A stretch of 64,000 bases of DNA from Bispira polyomma (lineage: Eukaryota): assembly GCA_965649765.1 (NCBI GenBank), contig OZ287749.1, positions 10,478,001 to 10,542,000 on the forward strand, given 5' to 3'. Each line of letters opens with the position of its first letter. The first letter of the stretch is position 1. Shown here piece after piece: positions 25,546 through 40,230 of the stretch. A model generated the notes under the pieces. The model was not told where the DNA came from. It searched no databases and was given only the letters and a program-made list of their open reading frames with translations. A program made the position numbers and the translations under genes.

Positions 25546-26427
25546 CTGAAATGATTCAAATGATAAAAATAGAAAAGTATTAAATAAAAAATCTGAACGG
25601 AAACTTAAAAGTAAACAATGAACATCAACTATTCACATACCAATTCTCCTGAAAATGCAAACGCACACAATGTCGAAGCCAAGTCCGTTGAAATTCTGTG
25701 AAATCTCTTTTCAAAATCTTTTGAGATAGAGGAGTACTTTTAGATGACCAGAAATTTACCTTCGTAAAAAATAAGATGGTGGTACCACTTTCTAGTCTAT
25801 AAAAAAAGTGATTCTAAGTCTTTTATATCCTAGCAATTAAAATATTTGAGAGCAGTTATTTGTTACCAATATGTGTATTGACTATTTATATTAAGCAGCA
25901 TTTTTATTTCAAAGATTCTAATTTTTTATTGACACAGTCAGGTGTAAAGCATCTTAACTCTGACATTAAAACATTTAGACAGGAAAATGGAATTGCTTAC
26001 TTTTACTTTAGTTAATAATCTCAAATTAATTTTATATTCACCACTCTGCAACCTTATAAATCTCAAAGCATTATTATTTTCACCACTCTGCAGTCTGCAA
26101 AATTCCGAGAATTGTAAGACAATTAAGCAATTCCCACGATGCAAGCTAATTCTCCAATATTATGGATAGTATTGGGACCGAATAACTGTGTGTATTAATA
26201 TCCATTCAATTTTCTGTCTACTATACTTTGACTTGCATTATTAATATAATACAGTATAGTAGTCGCCATAAATTTGGCATTAAATACAGTAAATATACCA
26301 CATACACAGTTTTAATAACATTTCGCAAGAATTAGGCTAACATCTTAAAATATTCAAATGCTACGATTCTCATCATCATCCATGATCATTGAGATCTGTG
26401 GATAATGATGAGACTACCAATACTTAC

Positions 26428-26530
26428 ACAGAGCAGCAAATGCCCACTTGACGCTTGTTGTGGCTTCAGTTCTCTGAGTATTGTACACAAAACCAAGTAA
26501 AGCCACATAGAAACCCACAGTGTGAACGAC
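26428..26530 (-). CDS. Putative middle exon of the same gene
   Basis: TTTTTTACTACTACAG acceptor, GTAAGT donor; VVHTVGFYVALLGFVYNTQRTEATTSVKWAFAAL. Confidence 0.55.
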
Positions 26531-27026
26531 CTGTAGTAGTAAAAAATAACAAGACTGATGGCCTGTAATAGGAATACACAAAAAGTAATAAAGTATACAG
26601 TAGAACCTCTTTGATCCAAACATGTGGGGGGAGAGTAAGGTAGTGTTCAGAAAATAGATTTAGAAGCTTCATAAACTGGAAGCGGTCTTTTATGTGCAAA
26701 ACAATAGCAAAACAAATTTCAGGACCATTTTAACACCAGTTTAACATAAAATATAACTATATTCCTCAGAAAATTTGTACATAAGATGTCAATACTTGAC
26801 ACTAAAGTGTTTGTTCAACTTAGTTGTATCATTATTTAGGGAGTTTCTTTGTCACTTAAGTTTCTGTGGTAGTTTTTTATTGGGTGACTTTAATATAACA
26901 ACAAGAAGTATAAGCAAGCAGGATTAATGCTAAGGCACAACATTCAACAAACACGACAAACGTTGACGTTTTACCAAGACCTACAAAGACATCACATGTA
27001 ATGTTGCCTTTAATTTATGAATACCA

Positions 27027-29550
27027 TAATAATAATAATAGAAGCATTTATATAGCGCAAAATTGACAAAAATCCTCTAATGCGCTGAATCCCCAAAAGG
27101 GATTGTCCCTTATCAAGCGAAGGTCGTTACCAAGTGAGCGCCAACCAGGAAGTAACTAAGGTGGGGGATACGCCAGTCAGAACAAGTGAGTCTTGCGCTG
27201 GCTTCAAAAACCTGATAGTGTCTACTGGGATCTGATATTTTTCGTTCAGGGCGAAGTAAAACAGATAGTCTATTTTCACGTGTGAAGCTGCTGGACTTGA
27301 TTAAGGAAGATAAGTAGGGGGGGTTGGGAATAATTAACAGCCTTGAAAACTAGCAGGTTTTACTTGAAAATGATGCGATGTTCAATGGGAAGCCAGTGGA
27401 GTTTTGAAGGTAAGGGGTGACATGACTGAATCTGTCAAACCTGTAAACAATGAGACAGAGAGCATTTTCGACTCTCTGGAGTTTTGCAATATTAGGATTA
27501 CTGACCCCATATAGTAAAGAGTTGCAGTAGTCCAAGTGACTACTGACCATAGCATTTGCCACCAGAACTGCAGTATCAGCGCTAAGTCATGCAGATGATA
27601 GTAACAGGCACAGCAAACCTTGGCAATATGGTTGTTAAAGGAGTTGTCCGAATCAAAGATAACACCCAGGTTTTTACCTCCGCTGACGGAGTGATATTGT
27701 TTTGGAGGAATGAAATAGGAACTTTTGGTGTGAGTGACTGTGGTGGTTTTGTTACCTATAATAATAAACTCTGTTTTATCTCGGTTGAGTTTTAATTTTG
27801 CACAATCCATCCACTCCTAGACTGATTTTAAACAGTCAGTGAGCTCGGCGATACTTGAGTCAAATTCCTGGAGTCTGGTGCTAGGTATATCTGTGTGTCA
27901 TCAGCATACAGGTGATGGGTAACATTAAACTTTGAAATGACTTGACTGAGTGGGGTAGTGTATAGGGTAAAAAGCAGAGGACCTAAGACAGAACCTTGGG
28001 GAACACAGAAGGGGAGAAAAAATACCCTAGAAAAACTGCTACCAATTTTGATATTTTTGTGTACGGTCTAGGAGGTAGGATTTGATCCACAGCAATACAG
28101 TCCCATCACTTCCAAACCAGTCCGTTAAACAGTCATATAAAATAGAGTGATCGATGGTGATAAAAGCTGCAGAGAGGTCCAGTAATGTAAGGGCCACTGC
28201 CTTTCCTGAGTCCACTGAAACTGAGATTCAACACCGGTCTGTAGTTCTTCAGGATGTTTCTGTCCAGGCTGGGTTTCTTGAGTAAAGGGGTGACATGACC
28301 AGTCTTAAAGCAGTTTGGAAAACTGCCCTCCTTGAGTGAGTGATTGACAATGTTGGAAATGGGAGTTATGAGTATGTCAATACACTCCTTGACCAGTGAG
28401 GTTGAAATGGGGTCAACGTCACATGATTTAGAGGGGGAGAATTGTACAATTTTGAGCAAGTCCAGCTCAGATACTGGTGTAAAAGTAGACAAAGTGTGTT
28501 TTCCTGAGCACTGCCGGTTGTTATCCAAACGGATGTGCTTTCGAAGGTTTCAGAGCAGGATAGCCACAGTGGCTTAAAGCACAAATCATCACGAATAAAG
28601 AAACCAACCCCACCACCCTTCTTGTTGGTGCAGGGTACATGAGTGAATTTGTACCCTGGAGGAGTGACACTGGCGATAAAGCTGTCTGTGTCCTAAGGTT
28701 TGAGCCATGTCTCGGTGACTGCGATAAGATCAGGATTTAGATTGACGTCACCCGAAAGGATCAGCAGAAATGATACCCAAGGAGAGAGATTCCTGAATGT
28801 GTTTGACACTCTTATGCAATGGCATTAGATTGCAAAAAAGTCATAGTTGATACTATTGACACATTGGTGGATGCCAGACTCAATGTGCAGTACAGTAGAG
28901 AAAGTGGGGTGGGTTTAGATGAATCAAAAGCATGAATGCCGATCAATATAAGGTAGCCAGTGAAAAACAAGAGATGCATGCCTGTAACCAGGAGTGCAAA
29001 CAAAACACAAAAATGGAATTTCTAGAATGTTGTTTGATTAAACAGAGGCCTGTAATAGTGAAAAATGAAATGTCCATCACAGTAGACAATAAGTAGTGGC
29101 ATAAAGAATAACATAAAAAAAAATAAACAACTTTAAATGCCATCCGTGGTGGCAAAAAATGTCAATCACAGTGAGTATATAGACAGTAATGACTGTGTAG
29201 TCCAAAAATAAAATAAATTCAGAACAAACAATAATGGCCACAAAATTGAATTAAAGATTTACTAAGTAGTGTTACGATAATATCCGTGGGTGGGGGATAA
29301 TACCAAAAGGTTGAAAAATTTACAATAATAAAGAAATAAGCAGGATAAACCACAATTTTAGTGGACTAACGATAGAAGTAACAATAATAGACAAAACGGC
29401 TGGGAAAGGTAATGAAATATAGGTATCTAGTTGTTGTTTTGACTTTAAAGACATACAAAAACGATAAAACGTTACTCTCCTGGTGAGCGCTAAATCTATG
29501 AAAACATAAACGACACAACAAGAGGAAAATAGCCTGGTGGCCATATCATG
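27027..29550 (-). mobile_element. Decayed L2/CR1-group LINE with (ATT)n tail
   Basis: [46 protein letters not shown]; 3' end CGCTATATAAATGCTTCTATTATTATTATT; 5' boundary approximate. Confidence 0.88.
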
Positions 29551-30916
29551 ATGATGCCACTACAAAGCAAGCTACTGACAAGTCCCAAAATAGTGAACCA
29601 GAGCAATCAAAGCATTGTCGGGGACAGAAAAATGGGTCTACAATAAGGTGCATTATCGCTCACAGCTCTCGATTTCATTAGTTAAGACTGCCTTATGTTT
29701 CTGGGGGTTAACGGTTTGTTTGGAGGCCGAAAAATGGAGTAGGCCAGATTTTAATATATGAACTAACCATGTATAAAAACTTTCAATGCTCATGACTCCA
29801 TTAATAATTGTTTTGTGATCAGTAGCATAGGCAGAGTCGAACTACATAACTAATGCTTTAGTATTTAGGCTTTTCAAAAACGGACCAAAAAGTATGGGCA
29901 AAAATTAGCATCACTACAAAATACACTACTGAACTTACCCTACACTGGTATTACAAGTATTAACTGACTATTTCATCACATAATCACTCTTCATAATACA
30001 TGTATGACAACTTTTTTTCTATTTAGAAGTTTATGTTCCACATTAGCAGTTTTGGCCACTGTCTTACGAAAATGAGCTGCTTATATCACAAAAAACAAGC
30101 ACACTTCATTTTTGGTTTTCAGACCCAATTAGTTTTACAACTATAAAGTGACTATTTCATCACATAATCACCATTCATATTAAATTTGAGGCAAATGCTT
30201 TACTAATAAGAAGTTTATTTTTGCTGTTGGCAGTTTGAACTGGTACAAAAACCAGCCGCTTATAGCATAAACAACAACACATGTGTCTGCATGTACCATA
30301 GTCACAATGGAAGATATATGTATAAAAAAAGACCATGATATCTCAATCAATATTGAAAAGAATTTAATTCTAGAAAAAAGGGTGAGAAAGTGTATTAAAT
30401 ACTCTTTCATGACATATAAATATTAAATGTTTTAGCTCAAGTAGCCACACAGAAATCCTAATTTGATCAATGCCTATTTCTCTGCAAACTTTTAAGATTT
30501 TTACAACGATTTCTTCACAAAGCCCAACTAATATTTAATGGATCTGGAATCTGTTTGGACTGTCGAAAAACACTAAATAATAGCTTTCTGGTGATACAAA
30601 AACGAAAATTTAGGGTTAAAAATTGATAAAGGTACAGCCATTCAATGCAGTAAATATTTAGTAAATATACTGTTTTTGTAGGGTATTTTCGCGACACCAA
30701 ATCATTGATGTTGAGATTTTGTGCAGCGTTTGAAGGCGTATATATATATATTGTGTACTTCGTTCTAACTTGCCATAACCCACGCATACAGTCTTGGTGG
30801 TATTTTCGGAACCAGCTAAGTCACTTGTCTGCCTTAAAAATACCGCGAAAACCATAAGGAAAAGGTCTCGATCATTAACCAAGACTGAAGCTTGTCTTTT
30901 GTGTGTTCGAAAGAAT

Positions 30917-31530
30917 AAACTAGAAAACGGTTTTTGATAACAAAATGAAGCGTCCCTGAAGTCAAGGTAATAATGAAATTGTTTAGTGTACAAGGTTTGA
31001 TATTGTTTACAAGTTGACATATAAGCAGAATCAGCACTTTTGGTCGAATATAAGCTCAAAATCGCTCTATGTAGCACTATTTCTGAGATAACAGACGTTT
31101 TCGAAAAAGAAGCAGAAATTGAAGATAGCCACCCAAATCAAACATCTTTTTAAAAGTTTACAAATACGCAAAATCAACCCTGTAGGTTGTAAATGAGCTC
31201 GAAATCGCTTTATCTAGCACTATTTCCAAGATAACTGACATTTTTGAAAAAAGACGCAAAAATTCAAAATCTTTGAAATTTAAATAATTTTATATCAGTA
31301 ACGATCGCATATTTTTGGATGGGGTAAAAAATAAACAAAAATTCAGGCTAGTCTTTAAAAGTTACGTGCTGCATGTACTGATCTAAAGTTAAAAATCATC
31401 ACTCGCTCAAAAAAGCACCCATCAACACTTTTCCCATTTTGTATGATTGATTGACAAAATTTCATTGAGCTATGACAAATACTTTCTGAGAAATGTTTAA
31501 GTTTTGACCTAAAGTGGACAGTAAAACCGG
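30917..31530 (+). mobile_element. Helentron-like family A, truncated copy with ~2 internal repeats
   Basis: Starts AACTAGAAAACGGTTTTTGATAACAAAA..GAAGCGTCCC as at 33175. Confidence 0.8.
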
Positions 31531-33174
31531 ACACTTGATGTAAACCACAGAATGTTCCAATAAATTCAAAAAAAGTAAATATCGTTTGCATAAATTACAA
31601 GAATAATTGATGAACAAGATAAGAGTGGCCCATGGGGCCACTTCGGCAGATGACATTTTTTGCTAGGTCTGGTTTGGGTTAAGTAGCGGGTAGCAGATGT
31701 GGTAGTGGTATGTTTGCAATGATGTGTTTGGAGGGCGTAGTTATAAGTGTGTTTATGTTTTGTCTAGTGAAAGTAATAAGGTATTGTGGTCTGAGAAGGT
31801 ACAGAATATGGTTGAGGGGTTGAGTGAGTGAGTCGAGAATGAAAGGTCAATGAGAGTTGCATGTCGAGATGTGGGGGTTAATTTAAGATGAAACTCGTAC
31901 TTTCTACACATTACCAATCAAGCACATGGCCATTTGTTTATATCCCAGAACAATAAAACAGATTTAAGCTGATCAGTAATATGCAGTGCATGTCTACCAA
32001 AACTTCAAACAGAAGACGGCCTGCAGACTGGCTACATTCAATGCACTGAAGGATATACGGGGGAAGAGGGGGTGGGCTTTGCCTGTGAAGAGGAGAAACA
32101 TCAATAAATGCTATGACTTTTGTCTTTGAAAACAAAAGATTAAAGGATAGTTTTGGGTGTGCATAAATTTTATCATTTTTTCTACACATATCGACTAGTA
32201 CCCTTGGGAATAAATGTTCACACACTTTATATATCTTTCTTTTCATCTGATTTATTATTTTCTTTTCATTTTAACTTCAGTACAAATAAATAGGACCAAA
32301 AAAAATTACCCTTGAGAGTTTTAGTACTGCACATAAAACTCCTTATTTTCGCCCATCCATGTGCTTATCAGTGGCCATTTACTGTGTTTATACAACTCAT
32401 GTTTAGCTTGTCTTTTTATGAGAAATGGCCCTGTGGTTATCTCGAGAATCTCTTATTTTGACATAATTTGTCTGGTCTCCTGTGACTTGAGATAACACAA
32501 TTGAACTGTTTTGAAAACCTTTAGAAATATTTCAAAACTATAAAGTTTTAAACGTCTGTTTAACTTGTTATAGACAACTAGTAATAAGTGTCAAGTAGCA
32601 TTGTTGAATGTGGTAATAAATATTAAGAGTTGTAATATGTAATGAAATAACATGTATCAAGTATATCAGCACCAATGAATGAATAGCAAAATATATAGGT
32701 TTGATTATTTTACCGTACACAGCACAAAAGTACAGACACCAATGAAAAATTTTGATTGGAAATATAATATAATAATGCAGAGCCCTGTCTATAGACAAAA
32801 GGGCTATTGAGGTGGGACCTGTTCTGTTCTGTTATGTGGGTTCTATAGACTGACCTTTACTAAGTACAATGTTTTGGTTATTTTACTTTCTATTTTTTTT
32901 CTAACCACAGAACTTTTTATTACGTCCTCAGATACCTTTATATTATTTACTTTGGTTCAAGAAATCAATACAATACTTCAGTACTTACTTTGTTTTTTAT
33001 ATTGCTGTATCACTGGGTTTTTTTCTCGCCTTTAATTCTAAGGCAAATATCCAATTAAATAAGCAATGTCATGTTCTGTAAAATACTGTACTTCATTCCC
33101 TCCATAAAAACACTGACAATAATCCATATTTGAATTATTTCTATTGTCCACATTTATAGAAACTTTCATTAATT

Positions 33175-35519
33175 AACTAGAAAACGGTTTTTGATAACAA
33201 AAACGAAGCGTCCCTAAAGTTGAAGTAATAATGAAATTGTTTAGTGTACAAGGTTTGATATTGTTTAAAAGTTGACATATAAGCAGAATCAGCACTTTTA
33301 GTCAATGTAAGCTCGAAAAGGATCACCATTTCCGAGATAACAGACATTTTCTAAAAAGACGCAGAAATTGAAGATGGTTGCCCAAATAAAAAATTACTAT
33401 AAAAATTTACATAAAAGAAAAATCAGCCCTATGAGTCGAAAAGGAGCTTGAAATCGCTCTATCTAGCACCGTTTCTGAGATAAAGAACATTTTCGAAAAA
33501 GACGCAGAAATTTAAGATGGCCGCCAAAATGTAACATTTTTTTAAAAGTTTAAATATAAGCAAAATCAACCCTGTGGATTGAAAATGAGCTCAAAATCGG
33601 TCTATCTAGCACCGTTTCCAAGATAAATGACATTTTCAAAAAAGACGCAGAAATTCAAGATGGCCGACAAAATTAAAATTTTTAAAAAAGTTTACATATA
33701 AGTAAAATCAACCCTGTGGATCGAAAGTGAGCTCGAAATCGCTGTATCTAGCACCGTTTTCAAGATAATCACATTTTCGTAAAAGTCCCAGAAATTCAAG
33801 ATGGCCGCCAAAATTAAAAATTTTTTGAAAGATTACATAAAAGCAAAATCAACCCTGTGGATCAAAAATGGGCTCAAAATCACTCTATCTAGCACAGTTC
33901 CGAGATAACGGACATTTTCGAAAAAGACGCAGAAATTCAAGATGGCCGCCAAAATTGAAAATTTTTTAAAAGTTTACATATAAGCAAAATCAACCCTGTG
34001 GGTCAAAAATTAGCTTGAAATCGCTCTATCTAGCACCGTTTCCGAGATAACGGACGTTTTCGAAAAAAACGCAGAAATTCAAGATGGCGGCCAAAATTGA
34101 AAATGTTTTAAAAGTTTACATATAAGCAAAATCAACCCTGTGGGTCGAAAATGAGCTTGGAATCGCTCTATCTAGCATCGTTTCCGAGATAACTGACATT
34201 TTCAAAAAAGACGCAGAAATTCAAGATGGCCGCCAAAATTGATATTTTTTTAAAAGTTTACATATAAGCAAAATCAACCCTGTGGGTCGAAAATGAGCTT
34301 GAAATCGTTCTATCTAGCACCGTTTCCGAGATAACTGACATTTTCAAAAAAGACGCAGAAATTCAAGATGGCGGCCAAAATTGAATTTTTTTTAAAAGGT
34401 TACATATAAGCAAAATCAACCCTGTGGGTCGAAAATGAGCTAGAAATCGCACTATCTAGCACTGTTTCCGAGGATAACGGACATTTTCGGAAAAACGCAG
34501 AAATTCAAGATGACCGCCAAAATTGAAATTTTTTTAAAAGTTTACGTGTAAGCAAAATCAACCCTGTGGGTCGAAAATGAGCTTGAAATTGCTCTATCTA
34601 GCACCGTTTCAGAGATAATGGACATTTAAAAAAAATTTTTTTTAATTTTTGAAATTAAAATCGTTTTATATCAGTAACAATCGCATATTTTTGGATGGGG
34701 TAAAAAATAAATAGCAATTCAGGCTATTCTTTAAAAGTTACGCGCTGCTTGTACTGGTCTAAAATTAAAAAAATCCTAACACGCTCAAAAAAGCACCCAT
34801 CAACACATTTTTTTCCCCATTTTGTATGATTGATCGACCCTGTCAATCAGTCAATTATCACCAGATTGATCTAAAAATTTACGGACATCTATGCTTTGGT
34901 ATTTGCAATGCGCATGCGAAATTTCATTGAACTATGACAAGTACTTCAAAAGAAAAGTTGATAAAAGTGCAAGATAGAGCAAAATACTCATTTGAAGTAC
35001 TCGGTACTGATTGAGTACTGGACTTAGAACTGTGAGATTTTTACATCATACATAAAATCAAAAAGTAGATGAATAACTTATACCAAGAAAACTTATACCA
35101 AGAAAAAGCCAAAATCCCAATAGTCCGAGATAGCAAAAAAGTACCGATTTTTGGCATTTCAATAAAAATCAATCGGTTGGCAATCGGTGAATTATCATCC
35201 GATTAATCTCATCAGTGTCTCCCGTCCTGAAAATTGCCTTACCAAGGTACATACCAAATTTCATTAAGCTATGATGAATACTTTTTGAGAAAACCTAGTG
35301 ACAAGCACTTTTACACCAGCAGGGTCACCCGACATTTAAGTAGGCCAAAGTTCAAAGCCAAGAATATGAAAAAAATTTCCCACTCCTGGTTAAGAGAACT
35401 GCCAAAAATAATTTTGATGCAGATAATATTGAAGGAGATATTGAAGGAAGACCATGCGGCGGCGGCGAGGAAACCCGAGGTGAAACCAAATAAGCGCCCT
35501 TTTCAAGGGACGCTTAATT
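33175..35519 (+). mobile_element. Helentron-like non-autonomous element (family A) with a central satellite array
   Basis: Subterminal inverted repeat AAGCGTCCC / GGGACGCTT, 3' hairpin GCGCCCTT-TTC-AAGGGACGC, no TSD; three copies in the window. Confidence 0.8.
33270..34640 (+). repeat. ~142-bp tandem array, ~10 units
   Basis: Anchor GCAAAATCAACCCTGTGG recurs about every 141-142 bp. Confidence 0.95.
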
Positions 35520-35596
35520 AGTTCACCATCTGTCAACATGTGTTTAGGCGGCAGCCATTGTTACTAATTAACATAATTGGCTTTCCTCTTAGCCTG

Positions 35597-35838
35597 GGCC
35601 CGTATTCTCGAACGTATACTCAGCTTAAACTCATACTCAACTCAATTATAGCCTATATGGAAATCATTGTACATGGAAGTATCCTATACTTGTGACCATT
35701 CATTTTAATAGAGCTTTTAACCCTGAATTCAAATATCAAGTCAGATTTTAGATATATTTACCGTATCCAGAGTTATAGAGAATCCAGATTTGAGTTGAGT
35801 ATGAGCTTAAGTTGAGTATACGTTCGAGAATACGGGCC
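35597..35838. mobile_element. PIF/Harbinger-type MITE
   Basis: Long TIRs GGCCCGTATTCTCGAACGTATACTCA / TGAGTATACGTTCGAGAATACGGGCC; 3-bp TSD CTG. Confidence 0.88.
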
Positions 35839-36929
35839 CTGGTATCCAAAATTGTAATTGCCTAGAGAGAGAGGGGGATAACTGGAGGAATGGGCTTAAA
35901 TTGTTGTGCCAGTATACACACACCCCGCACATGATACTTCACTATTAATTAGGACGAGCTGTTTGGTTAGAGTATTTGTTTCCCTTCTTTTTGTTTTTAA
36001 TTCTTTTCTGTAGTGTGAAAGATGTGCTTCAGTTAAATTAAAAAAGTTGTATTGTAGTTCCATTTAAAGTACATTATCTATTTTCGGAACAAGCATCCAT
36101 AGTTAAAAATGTCCCCACTTTACACTACCAGTATACACACACAAATTCCACACATTAGGGGTAGGACGGGTGCAAAACATTGCTTCGAGTGCTCGTGTTC
36201 GGAAACCCAACTCGAATTCGGGTACTCGCGAGGTTTAGTATTTACCAATTGGAAACACCAGAAACAAATATGGCCGTTTCACGTAGCAATGTTTTTGTGA
36301 AAAAACATCTGATATTTTAAAACATATTCAAGAATATGGAATGAAATGTAGGTTATTTGTCCAAATCTAATTTATTATTTGATTAAATATATGTACAACA
36401 TGTCTTCTCCAAAATGTTTATGGGCTTCATTTATTCACACTGTAAGTATATTGGTCAATTTTTTTGTTATATTTTAAGCAATACTGACAGTTTTATGCTC
36501 TACTTGGTCACGTTTTTCCTATTAAATCTATACATTGCTCTAAAATTAATGAACTAATACATTAAATTTAGTGGTTTGCATCCAAGTGCCTAAAACAAGA
36601 AGTCAATTGGAAAGTCTAAACAATATCACAATTTCAAAACTGTAATCACAATACCTAAACTCAAACTTATACCTTCTCTCGATGATTTCACAATATCGAG
36701 GTACACGATGACGTCCCTACCCCCAAATGACCAAGATCAACTTGTCATCAGATGGTTGCTAGGCTAGATAATCTTCTTACGACAAGACATCAGTAAACGC
36801 ATTTGATGTTTTGTTTGATAGCCTTCTCTAGCTTTCTCTAGTCACACCCAATCAATATGCAAGTCCTGCTTCATAGGCCTTTAGATCTTAGGAAAAGAAT
36901 CACTAAAAAGTGTTATAATATTATTGTGT

Positions 36930-37365
36930 CACAATGTTTAGTGATGAATCTATAACTCATAATTTTCAATCTAATCCAAATATCCCCGAACTATCTGAGA
37001 ATGATAAAGTCATGTGTAATGAATATATCACACTGGAAAAATGTGGTAAAACATTCCAAGGCTTATCAAATAATAAGTATGCTATTGTGATGGCCTACCA
37101 ATCTAGTTCTACAAAAAACATTTGGTCAAAAATCAAAAAGTTTGTCTTTACCAGTTTTAAATGATCACTGGAAAATGGTCAGTTGTCTACTGATCAGAAG
37201 AGGAGTGACTACATTAGTTCCTAAAAAAAGATAAATATTTATGTCAACTTAAAAACTGCAGGCCAATCAGTGTTTTAAATACGGTTTACAAAACTTAGAT
37301 GGAAATTTATGCCACTCAGTTACAAGCCACTCTGGTAAAAATCATACATCCAGATCAAGAAAGAT
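36930..37365 (+). mobile_element. Degenerate L1/Tx1 ORF2 fragment
   Basis: NIPELSENDKVMCNEYITLEK..LSNNK, then LKNCRPISVLNTVYK and KIIHPDQ. Confidence 0.7.
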
Positions 37366-38204
37366 TCAACTCTATTTGTAGTATCAGCTCTAATTCTATG
37401 GCAGTTTGAATTTAAGTAATTCTGAAACTTTCTTTCTGAGGAACTAATCTGCAGGTTTTCCACTATTACTTTCCTGCTAAAAGTGTGCAAGGTATGGTAG
37501 AGGTAAAGATCAGGTGACTCTTCCTATGTCCATCAATAATAATAATTGAAACATTAAAAAAATCCCAATATCTTAGTTAAATATTCTAAGTTATAAGTCC
37601 ATGCTATGAATCTTAAAACCAAAAATGTGAAAATTATAATAATTTTGTTTTTTAAAGATCAAACCTAAGCAATGTGTAGGGCCAAACACAAATTACAAGC
37701 TATCTAATCTATATGAACTAAAAATGTAATCCTCTGTTTTGAGGTGTAAGGGTTAATAATCTCCTTATTGTGATTGGCAAGCAGACATGTTTATAAGATT
37801 GACTAATTTTTTAAATGGATAGTGTGCACATGACAACCTGATTTATTTGCAACCATGTTATCCATTGTAGTTTAATGCTTAGGGGTTTACTGTTATAAAT
37901 AGCATCCCAGTAATGAGACAGCCATCATTAAATTATTAATAACACACACTACATATTTCATGTATTGTGTTTTAATGTCCGTATGTTTTGTACATCTTAA
38001 AGCTTTGTTAAATAAATTTCATATTAAAGCAAACCTTATTTAACTGTATATTTTCCCAAATGTACTGACTTTTCAATGCAAATTTCTTCAGAATTTCCAG
38101 TTTCTTCCATTTCTTACACTTGTCTAGAAGAAATACATATCTTCTGGAAAAAAATCCAACCCTGATTGTAAATAAAATGAAACCAACTAATTCTATGAGA
38201 AGAT

Positions 38205-38450
38205 CATAAAGAAATAGCTGTGAGTGATAGAGGTAGCCAAGGCCAAGGGAAACAGAGTTGCTGAGAGAGAATTCTCCATTGGTGAGAGTGTAATATGTGG
38301 CTGGAGAAAGATAGAAAAAATTAAATGCCTACTGGAAAAATGGCTGACAGAGTTGGAAACTGCAATTGTCTAGCCACAAAGGCCAATCTGAAGTATTGGG
38401 TGATTGCAATGAGGGACAAGGGCAGAGTGGTGTCAACTCTTTTTTTGTCC
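38205..38450 (+). mobile_element. pogo-like transposase HTH remnant
   Basis: IEVAKAKGNRVAEREFSIGESVICGWRKIEK. Confidence 0.6.
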
Positions 38451-40230
38451 CAACTTAAGTCTATACCTATGTATATTTTATAAATTACACTGTATGAAAA
38501 TTAATTTCAATAGTTACCAGCACTTTTTTTCTCCTGAAACACACACAGTGTAGTTTGTACACATCTTCTGTATTATTTAAATTTTCAGGAACAACATTCC
38601 CTTTCCCCTTATGCCTTTCTTCAATATTTGTACAACATGGTACATACACACATTTCAGTGAGTGATGTTTATAAAGCACTTTGGCTAAATAAAAAAATAA
38701 CTTATCTATAGTTGCAAAAACAAACACAGTTTGGTTTATTTTGAAATACCCTAAACTCCCTCGTAATAGCCTTTGGGCTTTTAACTTGAACTTAAGGAAA
38801 TGTAGAGGATGTGCTCTAAAAAGAATGTGTTTTTTTCATTCAAAATTTTAACAATATTTATAGAAAACTAGGGGTGGGCTCTTATAAAAGCATGAGCTAT
38901 TACAAGGGAGTTTAGGGTATGTACTGAATCATATTGCTGGTACTGTAAAATTTATAGTAGAGTGAGCCCCATAAAGTTTATCAGCATTTAACTTCTGGTT
39001 GTCAAAATACACTTTCCTGACTTCGTAGAACAATTTTGTAGGGGAATAAATTTGGCATTCTTTTCAATCAAAATTTGTTGGAAAAAGGTTTCTTATTGCA
39101 GGAAAAGCTTAAAATGACCTCTATTTTAAATAGTTGGCAACAGAAAACTCTTCACTATCTATAAGTTATCAATTTTAATACAACACAGGACTACCATGTT
39201 CTCTTACAGGTTACAAGTACATATTATTCATTTACATAATCAGAAATAGTTGTCTTTGGAACTCCAAAGGTATGGGGGATTTCTTTTGCATTATGTTCCT
39301 TTATGAACTACAGCAACTACTTTTTGTATAGATATTATCAGCAGATGAAAATTTGCTCATACTTTTAGTTTGGCTTCAAAGAATGGATCTTTAAAAACTG
39401 TAGGCATATAAGATTCATGGCTTAATTATTGAATTCTAGTTTATTTTGATTATTTCTTCATAAAATGCCATCGAACAAATAAAACAATCAACAGGCAATA
39501 TCTGAATAAAATATAGGTGTCATTATAATGCTGTTACAAGTCATATATAACATTTAAAATACAGTGACCTTGTACATATTTCGTTTACCTGAAAAAAATG
39601 TTGTTACATTAAATCCCCCCCCAAAAAATGTTTGCATAAATTATTGCTAATACACAGAATATTGAATATGAAAAAGGATATATTTGCATACGATTACCAA
39701 TATCAAAACTCTTAGAAACATCCTTTGTCCTTTATTTTAATCTCATTAAAAAAAATCAATGATAAATCAAATCTATTCAACATACTTATTCACAATGAAA
39801 TAATGCCTACCTCATGCCATGACGTCATAGTCATGTGACCTGCAATATGAGCTTTCCCTCATTTCAGAAAGTGGAAAAACAAACAACATACTTTTTTTGA
39901 GTGTATTTAGTTATTGGTGATTGAATATAGACTGGAAAACATCAAATAATGTGAGTAAAATATATGTATCTTATTATTCTTGGTAATCTTGAATATTTGA
40001 GTTTGATCAGCATATTTGTTAAAGTGTCCTGTTTTACTGTCCTGTCCGAGCGACTGTCCACCCGTGTATCGTTGGGTATTGTTGATTCGAGGGTACATTA
40101 CAAAATCATAGTTTAACATCTCTAGATTTACATACAGCTTCAATTTTCGCCAAAAACGATCTTTTTCAATGTGAAATAAGCCTATAAAGAAATGGTTAAA
40201 ACTCGCGTATCTACCAGACACAAGGGTATA

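Noticed and set aside
30297-32082. Extra candidate minus-strand exons (~30297-30369 and ~31997-32082) for the small TM gene
   Set aside because: Weak donors (GTACAT, GTAGAC) and phases that do not chain with each other or with exon 1; not excluded without RNA data
35234-35521. 95-aa ORF at the end of the Helentron-like element
   Set aside because: No recognisable motif, and the sister copy at 14232-14530 has indels across it
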